A DNA stretch of 64,000 nucleotides from an uncultured SAR116 cluster alpha proteobacterium. GTDB taxonomy: Bacteria; Pseudomonadota; Alphaproteobacteria; Puniceispirillales; Marisalimonadaceae. Location of the stretch: the NCBI GenBank assembly GCA_902590245.1, contig CACIWG010000001.1, positions 1,747 to 65,746 of the forward strand, in the 5' to 3' direction. This document shows, piece after piece, positions 18,871 to 27,793 of the stretch; positions within the stretch are counted from its first letter, which is position 1; each line of letters begins with the position of its first letter. A program made the translations under genes and the position numbers. A model generated the notes under the pieces. It ran no database searches, was not told the origin of the DNA, and was given only the letters and a program-made list of their open reading frames with translations.

Positions 18871-20019
18871 ATGAAAATAGACCCTTTTAAAATATCCTTT
18901 CCCGAGCAAAGAATTTTGGAAATCAAAGAAAAAGTTGAAATTTTTCCATGGCATGAAATGCCTAAAGAAGGTGGCTGGTCATTTGGAACAAATATAGATT
19001 ACATGAAGAATTTAGCTGATTATTGGACAAAGAAATATAAATGGGAAACTGAAGAGCTTAGATTAAATCAACTGCCTAATTATAAAACAAAAGTAGATGA
19101 CATTGATATTCATTTCATTTTCAAAAAATCTTCCTCCTCGAAGTCTATTCCATTAATTTTAATTCATGGATGGCCTGGCTCAATAGTTGAATTTCTGAAT
19201 ATTATTGAACCACTTTGTGAACCAGAAAAATATGGAAATAAAGACGAAATTTGTTTTGATATTATTGCTCCCTCTATTCCTGGGTTCGCATTTTCTGGGA
19301 AACCAGCTAATCCGATTGGACCAAGAAAAATTGCTGAGATTTTTAATAAACTTATGACGGAAAACCTTGGTTATGAAAGATATGTTGCTCAAGGAGGTGA
19401 TTGGGGAAGTGCAATTTCCACATGGCTTGGTTTTGATCACTCAAAAAATTGTAAAGGTATTCATATTAACATGCTTCCAGCAAGACATATTGATGGACCA
19501 AAAACAGAAGAAGAAAAAATTTGGGATAAGCAATTTAATATAGATTATTTCTCACAAAGTGGATATTTTGCTATACAAAGTACAAAACCTCAAACGCTTA
19601 GTTACGCTATGATGGATAGCCCATTAGGTGTTGCTGCTTGGATAATAGAAAAATTTTACCATTGGACTGATTTAAAAGATGGAAGTCTTGATTTGACTTA
19701 CAAAAAAGATGATTTATTAACCAATATTATGATTTACATTTTAACTAAGACATTCAATACGTCATCTTGGATTTATTATGGCAGAGTTAAAGAAGGAGGA
19801 CGGATACTTTCGAAGGAAGGTAGAAAAGTAGAAGTTCCAACTGGATGTGCTGTTTATCCAAAAGAGTTTTTAACATGGCCTCCTAAATCATATGTTGAAA
19901 GACTTTTTAATTTAGTTCATTGGACTGAAATGAAGAAAGGTGGTCATTTCGCAGCTCTTGAACAGCCCTCTTCTTTAATAAAAGACATTCAAAATTTTTA
20001 CAAAAAAGTTGCTATATAA
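18871..20019 (+). CDS. Epoxide hydrolase (microsomal-type, EHN N-terminal domain plus alpha/beta hydrolase)
   Basis: 382 aa with LIHGWPGSIVEF, QGGDWGS (nucleophile) and GGHFAALEQP. Confidence 0.85.
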   Translation: MKIDPFKISFPEQRILEIKEKVEIFPWHEMPKEGGWSFGTNIDYMKNLADYWTKKYKWETEELRLNQLPNYKTKVDDIDIHFIFKKSSSSKSIPLILIHGWPGSIVEFLNIIEPLCEPEKYGNKDEICFDIIAPSIPGFAFSGKPANPIGPRKIAEIFNKLMTENLGYERYVAQGGDWGSAISTWLGFDHSKNCKGIHINMLPARHIDGPKTEEEKIWDKQFNIDYFSQSGYFAIQSTKPQTLSYAMMDSPLGVAAWIIEKFYHWTDLKDGSLDLTYKKDDLLTNIMIYILTKTFNTSSWIYYGRVKEGGRILSKEGRKVEVPTGCAVYPKEFLTWPPKSYVERLFNLVHWTEMKKGGHFAALEQPSSLIKDIQNFYKKVAI

Positions 20020-20062
20020 AATGGGGAACGAGGAGGCTCTCTCTTATTAACTAAAACATTAT

Positions 20063-20776
20063 TTAATTGTTTTTAAAAACGGCAACTGCTCTAATTGGAC
20101 TGCCAGTCCCTCCTCTAATCCTTAAAGGTAGACCTATAAATTTAAACCTTCCTTTTCCTATTAATTTATTAAGGTTAGCTAAACCTTCAATATGCGTAAA
20201 ACCCATATCTCTGCAAACATTATGAACTTCAAAATTATTTTTCCCAGGGGTTCCAGGACTGACAGCCTCAACACCAAAACTTGTTATACTTTTTTTTCCG
20301 AGCCACTCTGCAGATTCCTTAGTTAAGCCAGGAAAATCAGTTAAAAATTTATCTGTTCCGTACGTTCTTTCATAATGTGCCATGTATAATAAGACAGTAT
20401 CCTTAGGTCTTATTTCTAACTTATCTCTACTTAGTGCATTTTCTAAATCTTCAATGGATATATTTGACTTTAAAGGCTTATGAGATAAATCAAGACAAAT
20501 CCCATCTGTATAAAAATTTTCAAGTGGCATTTGGTCTATCGATTGAGCTTTAGGGTCTGGATCAAAATGGTTAAATGCATCTACATGTGTTCCTGTATGT
20601 TCTCCCATAGACATATACATAGATGCACATGAGAACTTCACTCCTTCAGCTTCTCTGATTGTCTTATGAGTCTGATAATCTGATAAGACCATAGGAGGAT
20701 GGTTAGGAAGAGTTGGACATTTTTGATAAATGTCTACAGATAAATCAATTAATGTTTCATTCAATTTGTTCTCCAT
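20063..20776 (-). CDS. Cyclase-family hydrolase (kynurenine/aryl-formamidase-like)
   Basis: 237 aa with the GEHTGTHVDAFNHF metal motif. Confidence 0.8.
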   Translation of the reverse strand: MENKLNETLIDLSVDIYQKCPTLPNHPPMVLSDYQTHKTIREAEGVKFSCASMYMSMGEHTGTHVDAFNHFDPDPKAQSIDQMPLENFYTDGICLDLSHKPLKSNISIEDLENALSRDKLEIRPKDTVLLYMAHYERTYGTDKFLTDFPGLTKESAEWLGKKSITSFGVEAVSPGTPGKNNFEVHNVCRDMGFTHIEGLANLNKLIGKGRFKFIGLPLRIRGGTGSPIRAVAVFKNN

Positions 20777-20815
20777 ATGAAATTGCTATAAAGTTATAAT
20801 AGCAAAGGAATAATT

Positions 20816-21703
20816 ATGAAAAAGCTAAAAATTGCTGGTTATCAAGGTGATGGATCTGTTCATACTAGATCAGTAAATTTTTTTATAAATAAAGTGTCTA
20901 ATTATTTTAATATCTCATTTGACCAAGACATAACTGAGAAAGGTAAAAAAGCAGCATCTTTGATTGAGATGACTATGAACAACGAAATTCAAATATCATA
21001 TTTATGGTCAAGCTACTATGAAAAGTATATACCTGAAATTAAACTATTAGATTTACCTTTCTACTTTAAAAATAAAAATGAAGTTAAAAGTTTAATTAAT
21101 AATAACTTACAAGCATATGTTTCAATTGAATTAATTAAAAAAAATAATTTAAAACTTCTTGGGTTTTGGGATAATGGATCAAGGCATATTAGCACAAATA
21201 ATAACATTATTAAAAATCAAAAATCTTGTGAAAATTTAAAAATAAGAACTACCCCAAGTCCACTTCATATAGATATCTTTAATAAATTAGGATTTATATC
21301 AACTCCACTAGATGTTAGAGATTTTAAAATTGCCCTAAAAAATAATGATATTGATGCACAAGAAAATCCACTAACAAACTATTGGAATTTTGGTGTTCAA
21401 CATAAACAAAAATATCTAACTCTTTCATCTCACTTGTTTGGATTTTGTTTGTTTGTCATTAATGACACTTTTTTCAATGGACTTTCCAATCACGAAAAAA
21501 AAATACTTACCAAGGCATCAAAAGATACAACAGTATATCAATATGAATTAGCGGAACAAGATGATAAAAAATTAATAGACTTGATTAAAAAAGAAAATGT
21601 TCAAATCTATGAGTTGACCCAACATGAAAAAGAAGAACTTCTAGATAAAGTTAAACATTTTCATGATGAGTTTTTTGAAAAATATCCCAAAATGAAATTT
21701 TAA
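20816..21703 (+). CDS. DctP-type TRAP solute-binding-protein homolog lacking a signal peptide
   Basis: 295 aa with DctP-like LDLPFYF, GFWDNGSRHIS, KIRTTPSP and DAQENPL. An in-frame stop 8 codons upstream of the ATG excludes a leader. Confidence 0.8.
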   Translation: MKKLKIAGYQGDGSVHTRSVNFFINKVSNYFNISFDQDITEKGKKAASLIEMTMNNEIQISYLWSSYYEKYIPEIKLLDLPFYFKNKNEVKSLINNNLQAYVSIELIKKNNLKLLGFWDNGSRHISTNNNIIKNQKSCENLKIRTTPSPLHIDIFNKLGFISTPLDVRDFKIALKNNDIDAQENPLTNYWNFGVQHKQKYLTLSSHLFGFCLFVINDTFFNGLSNHEKKILTKASKDTTVYQYELAEQDDKKLIDLIKKENVQIYELTQHEKEELLDKVKHFHDEFFEKYPKMKF

Positions 21704-22902
21704 AAATATGCTTCACCCGGTTTAATTGTTGGCTTCCACTCACATTTGCCAAAAGGTCCATCACCTTTATTACTAACATAAGCTATTCTCTTATCATTAG
21801 TTTTACCTTCTACGAGTGCACGTTGCAGCCAATCCATAATATAATGGTGACAATCTAATTTACCTAAGTTTGGAATTCCCCATAAAGGGTGAAACTGATC
21901 TTCTATAACCCATAATTCTTTTTTACAGGTTAAGTCCTCATAAACTTCAACAGCATCCTCTAATGGACAAAGTGGATCAAATTCACCGGTTGCTAATAAA
22001 GTCGGACATTTTACTTTATCAGCATACCCTTTCACAGTCATTTTCTCTGCCATTTCATCAAATTCATCTTCATTATCCATACCTGCCATATACATGAACA
22101 TTTGTTTAAATCTAGGCGAAGAAACAGAAAAAATAGTGTTATTTGGATTAAATGTTGCAACACCACTTGCAAGTGCAGCTGGTCTATTATCATAACTTGC
22201 AAGTCTAAGTGACCAATAACTTCCCATACTTACTCCATAGATACCAATTTTGTCAGAATCTACTTCTTCTCTTTTTTCTAAATAATCAATTACAGCAGCT
22301 CCTGCTCTCTCATAATTATCTGCAACAGCTCTGATTTTTTGAATATTGGAATTTCCTTGTCCAGGACCATCCATAGAAATAACATGCATTCCCCTATTAA
22401 CACCTAAACTATTCATAACTCTTGGAAAATACTCTTTAGTTTGATCCATCCCAGGAACATAAATAACACATGGTGCTTTTCTTCTATCTGGCAGAAGGTG
22501 TAATAAACATGATATCGTTTTTCCATCATCAAATGGAACTTCAACTCTTTCTATTGGGTATGGAGCTAATGCACTTCTTCTATCTACCATTTCCTTCAGT
22601 TTATTAGTTAAATATATTTTTACTGGATTATCATCAAAGTAGATGGGATGTTGTGCCATTCTATAAGATTCAACAGCATGATCATAGTGCTCTAATGCAG
22701 TCATTTTAAAACCATTTTTTTCAGCTGTTTTGGCTAATGCCTCATCATGTTCAGCTTTTTTTCGCCACATCTTAGGAAGCATTCTATAATTATGTGCTCT
22801 TGTAGGCGTTTCAGGATCATCTCTTTCAAAGTTCTGTACTCTTCCTCTCATATTGAGAGCCAGATCTAACATCCATTGTTGATTATCTCTTTTTGTCCTC
22901 AT
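21700..22902 (-). CDS. Alpha/beta-hydrolase family protein
   Basis: 400 aa with nucleophile elbow GVSMGS and a C-terminal GEFDPL...H pattern. Confidence 0.75.
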   Translation of the reverse strand: MRTKRDNQQWMLDLALNMRGRVQNFERDDPETPTRAHNYRMLPKMWRKKAEHDEALAKTAEKNGFKMTALEHYDHAVESYRMAQHPIYFDDNPVKIYLTNKLKEMVDRRSALAPYPIERVEVPFDDGKTISCLLHLLPDRRKAPCVIYVPGMDQTKEYFPRVMNSLGVNRGMHVISMDGPGQGNSNIQKIRAVADNYERAGAAVIDYLEKREEVDSDKIGIYGVSMGSYWSLRLASYDNRPAALASGVATFNPNNTIFSVSSPRFKQMFMYMAGMDNEDEFDEMAEKMTVKGYADKVKCPTLLATGEFDPLCPLEDAVEVYEDLTCKKELWVIEDQFHPLWGIPNLGKLDCHHYIMDWLQRALVEGKTNDKRIAYVSNKGDGPFGKCEWKPTIKPGEAYF

Positions 22903-22913
22903 AAAATGATCTC

Positions 22914-24098
22914 CTATTTGAAATTAATATTAATTTTTGGTTCTAAAGCCTCGGATAATGTTGCGTGTAGATAACAAGTTCTTTCAGACATATCTATTAA
23001 CTTTTCATTATGTTCATCACTTGCTGTTCCGTTCATATAGAGATGCGTGTCTAATGGTAACATCTCAACTTTACCGTCAGAATTTTCTCTAAATGATGCA
23101 TATTGAGACATTCTCAATCCTTCAATTGAAAATTTTTGATGGTGGATATATCTATGTGTTTGAGTCAGAAAACAAAATGAAATAGCTGCACCCATTACGT
23201 TTACTGGAGATGGCGCTATAATGCCGTCTATATCACTACTTATCACAAAATGTGTCATGCCAGGTAGTCCGAGAACTGTATCAACTTCGATTATCTTACT
23301 ATTAGGATTAGTTGAACTTTTACCTACAATTGTTCTAATTATTTTATTAAATGTTGGATTCTCTACATTACCACTATCACCTTTTGGTACGTTATATCCA
23401 TCAACAGGTTGAACAGTACCAGCTGAAACCTCACCTGTTTTAACAATCATTCTATCTGAAAACTCATCACTTTTAGATGGTGAAGGCTCAACTTTATATT
23501 GTTGATACGGATCTTCAGCATCTGTTTTTGAACTTTCATTTAAATTTGATAAAACTTTCCTTCTACCATTAGCATATAATGCAAACGTATTTTTTAATGG
23601 AGTTCTTAATCCAGCAAGAACAGGTGACATTTTTGATGCTTTTAGAATTAAGCTTTTAATGTCCTCATGATTTTCAGATGTACTTACATCTAGATTTATA
23701 GTTGTTGGTTCTGCATGACCTTTACCATCACCTTTTACAAAGGATCCCGTCAGATAATAAGAATTCAAAACTTCACAATCAATATTGTCAATCTTCAATC
23801 CGTTTAATCTGGCTTGTTTCATCACAGTACCAACAATGTCTCCATGAATGGATGCATTAAAAAAGCCTAAAGGAAATGGTGCTAAGTCAGTACCATTTAA
23901 ATGTTTGCCTTCGTCAGAAGTTAGTCTAAATGATGAAGAGTTCAAATCTCCTTCGTAACCAATTGTTTCTTTTTGGAGTATATCCATCTGCCTTGTATGA
24001 GATGTAAATGTTCTATTAAAATTTTTTGAACTATCTTGCACTTTTTTAATTAAAAAACCTAAAGGATATCCATTCTTACTTATATCTTCGTATTTCAT
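22914..24098 (-). CDS. Tandem OsmC-like domain protein
   Basis: 394 aa with two halves that each look OsmC-like (SDEGKHLNGTDLAPFPLGFF...; APSPVNVMGAAISFCFL...ERTCYLHATL). Confidence 0.5.
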   Translation of the reverse strand: MKYEDISKNGYPLGFLIKKVQDSSKNFNRTFTSHTRQMDILQKETIGYEGDLNSSSFRLTSDEGKHLNGTDLAPFPLGFFNASIHGDIVGTVMKQARLNGLKIDNIDCEVLNSYYLTGSFVKGDGKGHAEPTTINLDVSTSENHEDIKSLILKASKMSPVLAGLRTPLKNTFALYANGRRKVLSNLNESSKTDAEDPYQQYKVEPSPSKSDEFSDRMIVKTGEVSAGTVQPVDGYNVPKGDSGNVENPTFNKIIRTIVGKSSTNPNSKIIEVDTVLGLPGMTHFVISSDIDGIIAPSPVNVMGAAISFCFLTQTHRYIHHQKFSIEGLRMSQYASFRENSDGKVEMLPLDTHLYMNGTASDEHNEKLIDMSERTCYLHATLSEALEPKININFK

Positions 24099-24113
24099 TA
24101 TAACTCCCTGTTT

Positions 24114-25817
24114 TTATTTTAAAAATTGAAAGTCTACACCTTCGTCAGCTTGAGTAACTTCATTCATATAAAGTTTATTATACCCTCTTCTCTTAATCTT
24201 ATCATCTGATAATAAAGATATTCTTTTATTTATTTCTTCTTCTGATATAAGAAGGTCTATCTTTCTATTAGGAACATCTAATTTTATTTGATCACCATTT
24301 TGAACAACAGCAAGTGGTCCTTTTTCGAAAGATTCAGGCGTGACATGAAGAACAATCGTGCCTGAAGCTGTACCACTCATTCTTCCATCTGATATCCTTA
24401 CCATATCTTTAACACCTTGCCTTGCTAACTTTTTAGGAATTGGTATTAATCCTGCTTCTGGCATGCCAGGTCCACCTTTTGGACCAATACTTTTTAATAC
24501 AAGAATATCATCTTTTGATACGTCTAATTCTTCAGTATCAACTCTATTTGCTAAATCTTCTAAATTTTCAAAAACTACTGCCTTACCTTCATGAACAAGT
24601 AAATCAGGCGATGCTGCAGACTGTTTTATAATGGCGCAACCAGGGGCTAATGTTCCACTTAGCACAGCTATGCTTCCACCTTTAAAAACTGGATTATCTT
24701 TTGTAGTAATTATATTTTGTTTCCAGTTAGAAGCTTTTTGTATTTCCTCACCAATGGAATTCCCGTTGACTAATTTTGCATCTAAATGAAGAAAATCTTT
24801 TAATTCATTAAATATTCTAATTGAGCCGCCTGCTTTATATAAATCCTCCATATATCCTATTCCTGAAGGTTTTAAATCAACAATCATTGGAAGATTTTGA
24901 GTATGCTTATCAAAATTCTTTAAGTCAATATTCACCCCAAGACGACCAGCCATAGCTGTAAGATGAACAACGCCATTTGTTGACCCACCAATTGCAGACA
25001 AAACCGTTAATGCATTCATAAAACTTTTTTCATTTAAAAATTTAGAGGGGTTTAGATTTTCATTAGCAATTTTAACAGATGTCTCTCCTGTTTTCTCCGC
25101 AATACGTTTTCTGTCTGCAGATACAGCTGGAGCGCATGCACTATTCGGCATCATTAACCCGAGCGCTTCAGTAGTAATTGCCATAGTGCTTGCGGTACCC
25201 ATGACACCGCATGTACCTACTGTAGGTACTAGCTGATTATTTACCTCTTCAATATCATCATCATTAAGATCTTCCGCTCTATAACTTGCCCAAAATCTTC
25301 TACAATCAGTACATGCCCCTACTCTTTCGCCTCTGAATGATCCTGTAAGCATTGGCCCTGTAACAAGCTGGATTATGGGTATATCTGCACTAATGCCACC
25401 CATTACTTGCGCAGGTACAGTTTTATCACATCCTCCTATAAGTATGCATGCATCCATTGGTTGAGCTCTTAACATTTCTTCTGTATCCATAGACATAAGG
25501 TTCCTTAAATACATTGATGTTGGGTTGGCAAATGATTCATGAATTGTAATTGTTGGAAATTCCAGGGGTATTCCACCATTAGCAAGGATACCTGCTTTAG
25601 CACTTTTAATTAAATCTGGAACGTTACCATGGCATGGATTGTAATCACTAAATGTATTTGTAATACCAATAATTTTTTTATCAAGCATATCATCCGAGTA
25701 CCCAAGCCCTTTTATGAATGCTTTTCTTAAAAAGATGGAAAATCCCGTATCACCATAATTAGTAAGGTTTTTTTTCATGCCAGTTTTATTTTTGGACACT
25801 TTATCCTCTCCCAACAA
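24114..25817 (-). CDS. IlvD/Edd-family dehydratase (sugar-acid or dihydroxy-acid dehydratase)
   Basis: 567 aa with GGCDKTVPAQVMG, GTCGVMGTASTM and SDGRMSGTASG. Confidence 0.9.
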   Translation of the reverse strand: MLGEDKVSKNKTGMKKNLTNYGDTGFSIFLRKAFIKGLGYSDDMLDKKIIGITNTFSDYNPCHGNVPDLIKSAKAGILANGGIPLEFPTITIHESFANPTSMYLRNLMSMDTEEMLRAQPMDACILIGGCDKTVPAQVMGGISADIPIIQLVTGPMLTGSFRGERVGACTDCRRFWASYRAEDLNDDDIEEVNNQLVPTVGTCGVMGTASTMAITTEALGLMMPNSACAPAVSADRKRIAEKTGETSVKIANENLNPSKFLNEKSFMNALTVLSAIGGSTNGVVHLTAMAGRLGVNIDLKNFDKHTQNLPMIVDLKPSGIGYMEDLYKAGGSIRIFNELKDFLHLDAKLVNGNSIGEEIQKASNWKQNIITTKDNPVFKGGSIAVLSGTLAPGCAIIKQSAASPDLLVHEGKAVVFENLEDLANRVDTEELDVSKDDILVLKSIGPKGGPGMPEAGLIPIPKKLARQGVKDMVRISDGRMSGTASGTIVLHVTPESFEKGPLAVVQNGDQIKLDVPNRKIDLLISEEEINKRISLLSDDKIKRRGYNKLYMNEVTQADEGVDFQFLK

Positions 25818-26547
25818 ATGGCATATTTGTAGCCATTATTGTCATGTTTAAGATATTAGTTCCTTCTGGTAAACTGGCAATATAAGCAACTGCTTTACCA
25901 CAATCTTCAGCTTCAAAGACTGGTTCCACCATAACTTCACCATTAGCCTGCGGTACGCCCGATTTAAAACGCGACCCAATAGCTGTATCTGCGTTTCCAA
26001 TATCTAATTGAGAACATGATATATTGAAATTTCTTCCATCTAAAGCAATAGATTTTGTTAAGCCATTTACAGCATGCTTTGTGGCTGTGTAGGCAATAGT
26101 ATCTGGTCTTGGAGAGTGTGCCGATACAGAACCATTATTTACTATCCTTCCCCCTTGCGGAGATTGATTTTTCATTAACTTTATAGCCTGCTGTGAACAA
26201 AGAAAGGAACCTGTTAAATTCACATCAACAGTTTTTCTCCAATCTTCTTCCTTTAAATCTTCAATTGGAACTCTAGGTGCTCCCATCCCTGCATTATTAA
26301 AAAGTAAATCTATTCGCCCATGATCAGATTTGATTTTATCAAATAAAGCAATAACTTGAGAGCCAATTGTAATATCAGTTTTAATAGGAATGATTTTATG
26401 ATTATTATTTGTTGCTAGTGATGAAGTTTTTATTAATTCTTCTTCACGTCTTCCAACAACATAAACAGTAAAATCAATTTTGTTTAATTCTAAAGCAGCA
26501 GAACGTCCTATACCTGAACCACCACCTGTCACTAAAGCAACTCTCAT
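25801..26547 (-). CDS. Short-chain dehydrogenase/reductase (SDR)
   Basis: 248 aa with TGGGSGIG, NNAG and YTATKHAV (YxxxK). Confidence 0.9.
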   Translation of the reverse strand: MRVALVTGGGSGIGRSAALELNKIDFTVYVVGRREEELIKTSSLATNNNHKIIPIKTDITIGSQVIALFDKIKSDHGRIDLLFNNAGMGAPRVPIEDLKEEDWRKTVDVNLTGSFLCSQQAIKLMKNQSPQGGRIVNNGSVSAHSPRPDTIAYTATKHAVNGLTKSIALDGRNFNISCSQLDIGNADTAIGSRFKSGVPQANGEVMVEPVFEAEDCGKAVAYIASLPEGTNILNMTIMATNMPFVGRG

Positions 26548-26557
26548 TACTCAATAC

Positions 26558-27466
26558 TTAAAATGAATAAAATTTTTCAGGATTGGTAACCATGATTTTT
26601 TGTCTCATATTATCGTCTGTTACCCATTCACCAAATGCATCAACCAAATCGCCATCATTGGGATTAACCTCATACTTATTTGGATGTGGCCAGTCTGTGC
26701 CCCACATAATATTATCTGAATTTGCTTCTATCAGAGCTCGTGCCATTGGCATAACATCATCATATGGAGGAAGATCAGTTTCACTAACTCTATTCGCTCC
26801 AGATATTTTAATCCATGTATTACCATCACGCACTAAGTCCAACAATGTTTTGAAACCTTCAGAATTAATTCCATTTGTTGCGGGTTGATACGCAAAATGT
26901 GCAATTGAAATTGGAACAGATGATTTTTTAAAAATAGGAGCTAACTCAACGATATCCTTTCCTGGGAAAAGATATTCCACATGCCAACCTAAATCTTTTA
27001 TCCTTGCTTCAAGTGTTGGTATCTCATCTAAGCCTATAGGCATGCCACCAATATTGTCCATGTTCAATCTAACACCTTTTATGCCTTGTTTATCAAGATT
27101 CTCTAAAAAATCATCTGACACATCCATCTTAATTGCACAAACACCTCTAGCTCTACCTGGTGTTTCGTCATTCATAACCTTCATTCCTTTCAATATTGCG
27201 GAGTTATCCACTCCATAAGGAGAAGGTTGAGTATAAACCACCCGACTCACTCCAAGTTGAGAATGTAAATGTTTTAAATCATCAAGTGTTGAATCTGGAG
27301 GATTATAGCCTCTTCCTTCAAAAAGTGGGTACTGACTCTCAAAAATATGCACATGTGTATCAATTGAACCTTCAGGCAACCTAATACCTGGAACTTTTGG
27401 GTTTCTATCTGGAGCTATACAGTCTCTAATAGTCGTCATTTGCAATCCTCCTCTAACAAATTCCAT
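26558..27466 (-). CDS. Amidohydrolase-2 family protein (LigI/lactonase-like)
   Basis: 302 aa with IDTHVHIF, IAHFA and WGTDWPHP. The start may instead be the internal ATG (MTTIRD). Confidence 0.8.
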   Translation of the reverse strand: MEFVRGGLQMTTIRDCIAPDRNPKVPGIRLPEGSIDTHVHIFESQYPLFEGRGYNPPDSTLDDLKHLHSQLGVSRVVYTQPSPYGVDNSAILKGMKVMNDETPGRARGVCAIKMDVSDDFLENLDKQGIKGVRLNMDNIGGMPIGLDEIPTLEARIKDLGWHVEYLFPGKDIVELAPIFKKSSVPISIAHFAYQPATNGINSEGFKTLLDLVRDGNTWIKISGANRVSETDLPPYDDVMPMARALIEANSDNIMWGTDWPHPNKYEVNPNDGDLVDAFGEWVTDDNMRQKIMVTNPEKFYSF

Positions 27467-27793
27467 AAAAGATTAATAGAATTTAGATCAAAGTTAAAAT
27501 GATAAATTCAAATAATTTAAATCATTTTATTTGATTTATATATTGAGTTACAAATTTTAATAATTTTTTGTTTCTTAATAAAATAACCTCTAATTATTAA
27601 TTAAATTTAACTCTAGCATGAGATTAACAAATTAATTTTTTAAATAACTAATTGTAAACTTTTTCATTATTAGTATGATTTAATTTAAATAGCAGAGATT
27701 ATTATTTTAAAATCATCAAAAAATTTAGAGAACTTAAATGTAAATGAACATTTAGCAAGTTTATATGACAGGACTCGTAATCAGTCATTACAT

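Noticed and set aside
21700-21703. Convergent genes sharing overlapping stop codons (TTAA at 21700-21703) and convergent genes abutting with zero spacer (34460-34465).
   Set aside because: These are real features, but they are consistent with the general extreme compaction of this genome and are not a specific functional element.
24114-25817. Calling the 567-aa IlvD/Edd protein the housekeeping ilvD.
   Set aside because: Its operon context (lactonase-like amidohydrolase plus SDR) fits a sugar-acid dehydratase at least as well. Without phylogeny I leave it at family level.
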